55,234 nucleotides of DNA from Nitrospirota bacterium. GTDB taxonomy: Bacteria > Nitrospirota > Thermodesulfovibrionia > Thermodesulfovibrionales > Dissulfurispiraceae. Of this stretch, positions 54,052 through 55,234 are shown one piece after another. The stretch covers positions 1 to 55,234 of the forward strand of contig JBFMCP010000021.1 in assembly GCA_040754455.1 (NCBI GenBank), read 5' to 3'. Numbering within the stretch: the stretch's first letter is position 1; every line of letters begins with the position of its first letter. The translations under genes were made by a program, and so were the position numbers. The notes below the pieces were generated by a model. The model was not told the DNA's origin, searched no databases, and worked only from the letters and a program-made list of their open reading frames with translations.

Positions 54052-54140
54052 ATATCCTCCTCGAATAAGTACAACGTGCACAACAGCTTGACTGTTGCCG
54101 CTGTTCTATAACGATAGCTGCAGAAAAACAGACATTTCCA

Positions 54141-54186
54141 ATTGTTAGTTTCGATGTTTCGCGATTGAATCATAGGGATTTTCTAT
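54141..54186 (-). promoter_or_regulatory. Paired LysR-type boxes upstream of the DCCP operon
   Basis: ATTG-N7-CGAT (54141-54155) and ATAG-N7-CTAT (54172-54186); same 31-bp spacing and shared gttagtttcgatgt core as 47433-47478. Confidence 0.75.
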
Positions 54187-54194
54187 TGAAGGCA

Positions 54195-54289
54195 TGGAGA
54201 GGGATAGTGCGAATCGAACGCACCACAGCCTCATTAGGGCTGTATCGCTGGTTTTGCAGACCAGGCGGGGCACCAGCCCCCTATCCCTC
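54195..54289 (-). tRNA. Non-canonical tRNA-Cys(GCA) with tRNA-Sec-like fold (selC*-like)
   Basis: 95 nt: GAGGGATA/TATCCCTC 8-bp acceptor, GGGGC-TGGT-GCCCC D-arm, CTGGT-CTGCAAA-ACCAG anticodon arm (GCA at 54257-54255), 7-bp variable stem, GTGCG-TTCGATT-CGCAC T-arm, U73, encoded CCA. Confidence 0.92.
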
Positions 54290-54304
54290 AGGAATGATTA
54301 AACC

Positions 54305-54341
54305 ATAGAAAATTGAGATGAGTAAAATAGATAATTACTAT
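54305..54341 (-). promoter_or_regulatory. LysR-type boxes upstream of the tRNA
   Basis: ATAG-N7-CTAT (54327-54341) and ATAG-N7-AGAT (54305-54319); TGgTTTAAT lies 7 nt before the tRNA 5' end. Confidence 0.55.
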
Positions 54342-54355
54342 AAAAGGACCGGGAC

Positions 54356-55234
54356 TTATAGATGTGCTTTGATATGCTCTAAAAAGATATTGTATGTGAG
54401 AGGCAGCGTTCTTTTCTTGTGAGTGACAAGATAAAATTTCCTCTTCATCCGGATATCGGAGACCTTGATCTCTTTCAAGGTCTTAAACTTAAGCTCGTCG
54501 GCAACTGAGAGTTTCGAAAGGATGGAGATACCCAGTCCTTCCTTTACCGCCTGCTTCACCGCATCGGTCGAGCCGAATATCCCGGCGATCTTGAGAGCAT
54601 CGATTGAGATATGCTTATCTTCGAGAATTCGTTCCACTTCCTTACGGGTGCCTGATCCCTCTTCCCTGAAGATGACGGGATAGGTGATGAGCTCGTGCAG
54701 GGGCATAGAGTTTTCTTTAATGAGTGCAGGAAAGGAGACGACAATGAGCTCATCCTCTGTGAGCGGAGTGAAGGTGAGATGTCCGTTGCTCAGTTTCGAA
54801 CCGACGACACCGATGAGCAGGTCGTGCTTCAGCACTTTATCGATGATCTCTTTCGAATCGGCAATGATGATCTTGAAAGCGACGGCAGGATACCGCTTCT
54901 TGAACTCCGCGATGATCCTGGGCATGAGGTACGTCCCGGGAATGGTGCTCGCCCCGACCACCAGATCGCCCGAAATCTCTTTTTTGAATTGGCTGAAGGT
55001 ATCTTTCAGTGTGCTTATTTTCTCAATGATGCCTATGGCATGGTTATAGAGGACCTCAGCCTCTTTCGTAGGGATGATGGTTCTTCCCAGGCGGTCGAAA
55101 AGCTTGCAGTCGAGCTCTTCCTCGAGGGTCTTGATATGGTCGCTTACTGTCGGCTGGGTGAGATAGAGCTCCTCCGAGGCCTTTGAAAAGCTCCTGTTCT
55201 TGTACACTGATACGAACACTCTGAGCTGGTGGAT
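54356..55234 (-). CDS. LysR-family regulator (selenium-metabolism-associated type); N-terminus cut by the window edge
   Basis: IHQLRVF.SV....SFSKASEELYLTQPTVSDHIKTLE, GASTIPGTY.MP, REEGSGTR, GSTDAVKQAV. Confidence 0.9.
   Translation of the reverse strand: MHQLRVFVSVYKNRSFSKASEELYLTQPTVSDHIKTLEEELDCKLFDRLGRTIIPTKEAEVLYNHAIGIIEKISTLKDTFSQFKKEISGDLVVGASTIPGTYLMPRIIAEFKKRYPAVAFKIIIADSKEIIDKVLKHDLLIGVVGSKLSNGHLTFTPLTEDELIVVSFPALIKENSMPLHELITYPVIFREEGSGTRKEVERILEDKHISIDALKIAGIFGSTDAVKQAVKEGLGISILSKLSVADELKFKTLKEIKVSDIRMKRKFYLVTHKKRTLPLTYNIFLEHIKAHL

Noticed and set aside
54195..54289. Calling the tRNA a canonical selC (tRNA-Sec)
   Set aside because: The anticodon is GCA rather than UCA and the discriminator is U rather than G, so it cannot decode the selD UGA as written.

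Overview
55-kb bacterial chromosomal window from an anaerobe. The gene complement suggests Nitrospirota/Thermodesulfovibrionia or a deltaproteobacterium, but this is inference. From left to right: (1) the end of an IS256-family element inserted into a decayed mrr gene, followed by two attC sites and a RelE/Phd toxin-antitoxin cassette (remnant integron cassette array). (2) Housekeeping genes (bioW, nadE, rsmI, mscS). (3) An AT-richer block, fadL <- -> fabF-ACP-PhcB-like methyltransferase-7TM histidine kinase-pseudokinase-hybrid kinase, which looks like a self-contained fatty-acid-methyl-ester signalling (quorum-sensing-like) system. (4) A peptidoglycan-recycling cluster (nagZ, stand-alone MshEN, ampG, DUF1460 amidase, nagA). 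(5) livHMGF, acylphosphatase, bioB, ppdK and a sigma28-driven MCP. (6) Two unusual signalling operons. (7) An ~11-kb minus-strand selenium/sulfur island: LysR, an unannotated 95-nt tRNA with a tRNA-Sec-type fold but Cys identity (GCA anticodon, U73), a double-cubane-type reductase plus ATPase activator, YdjY, rhodaneses, ArsR, a selenocysteine-containing SelD (in-frame UGA missed by the ORF track), TauE, YedF and an Fe-S/CCG-DedA fusion. Repeated ATAG-N7-CTAT LysR-type boxes link the island's promoters. Inverted heptamer-repeat elements are scattered through the window, two of them inside coding sequences. All calls come from reading the sequence; no database searches were run.
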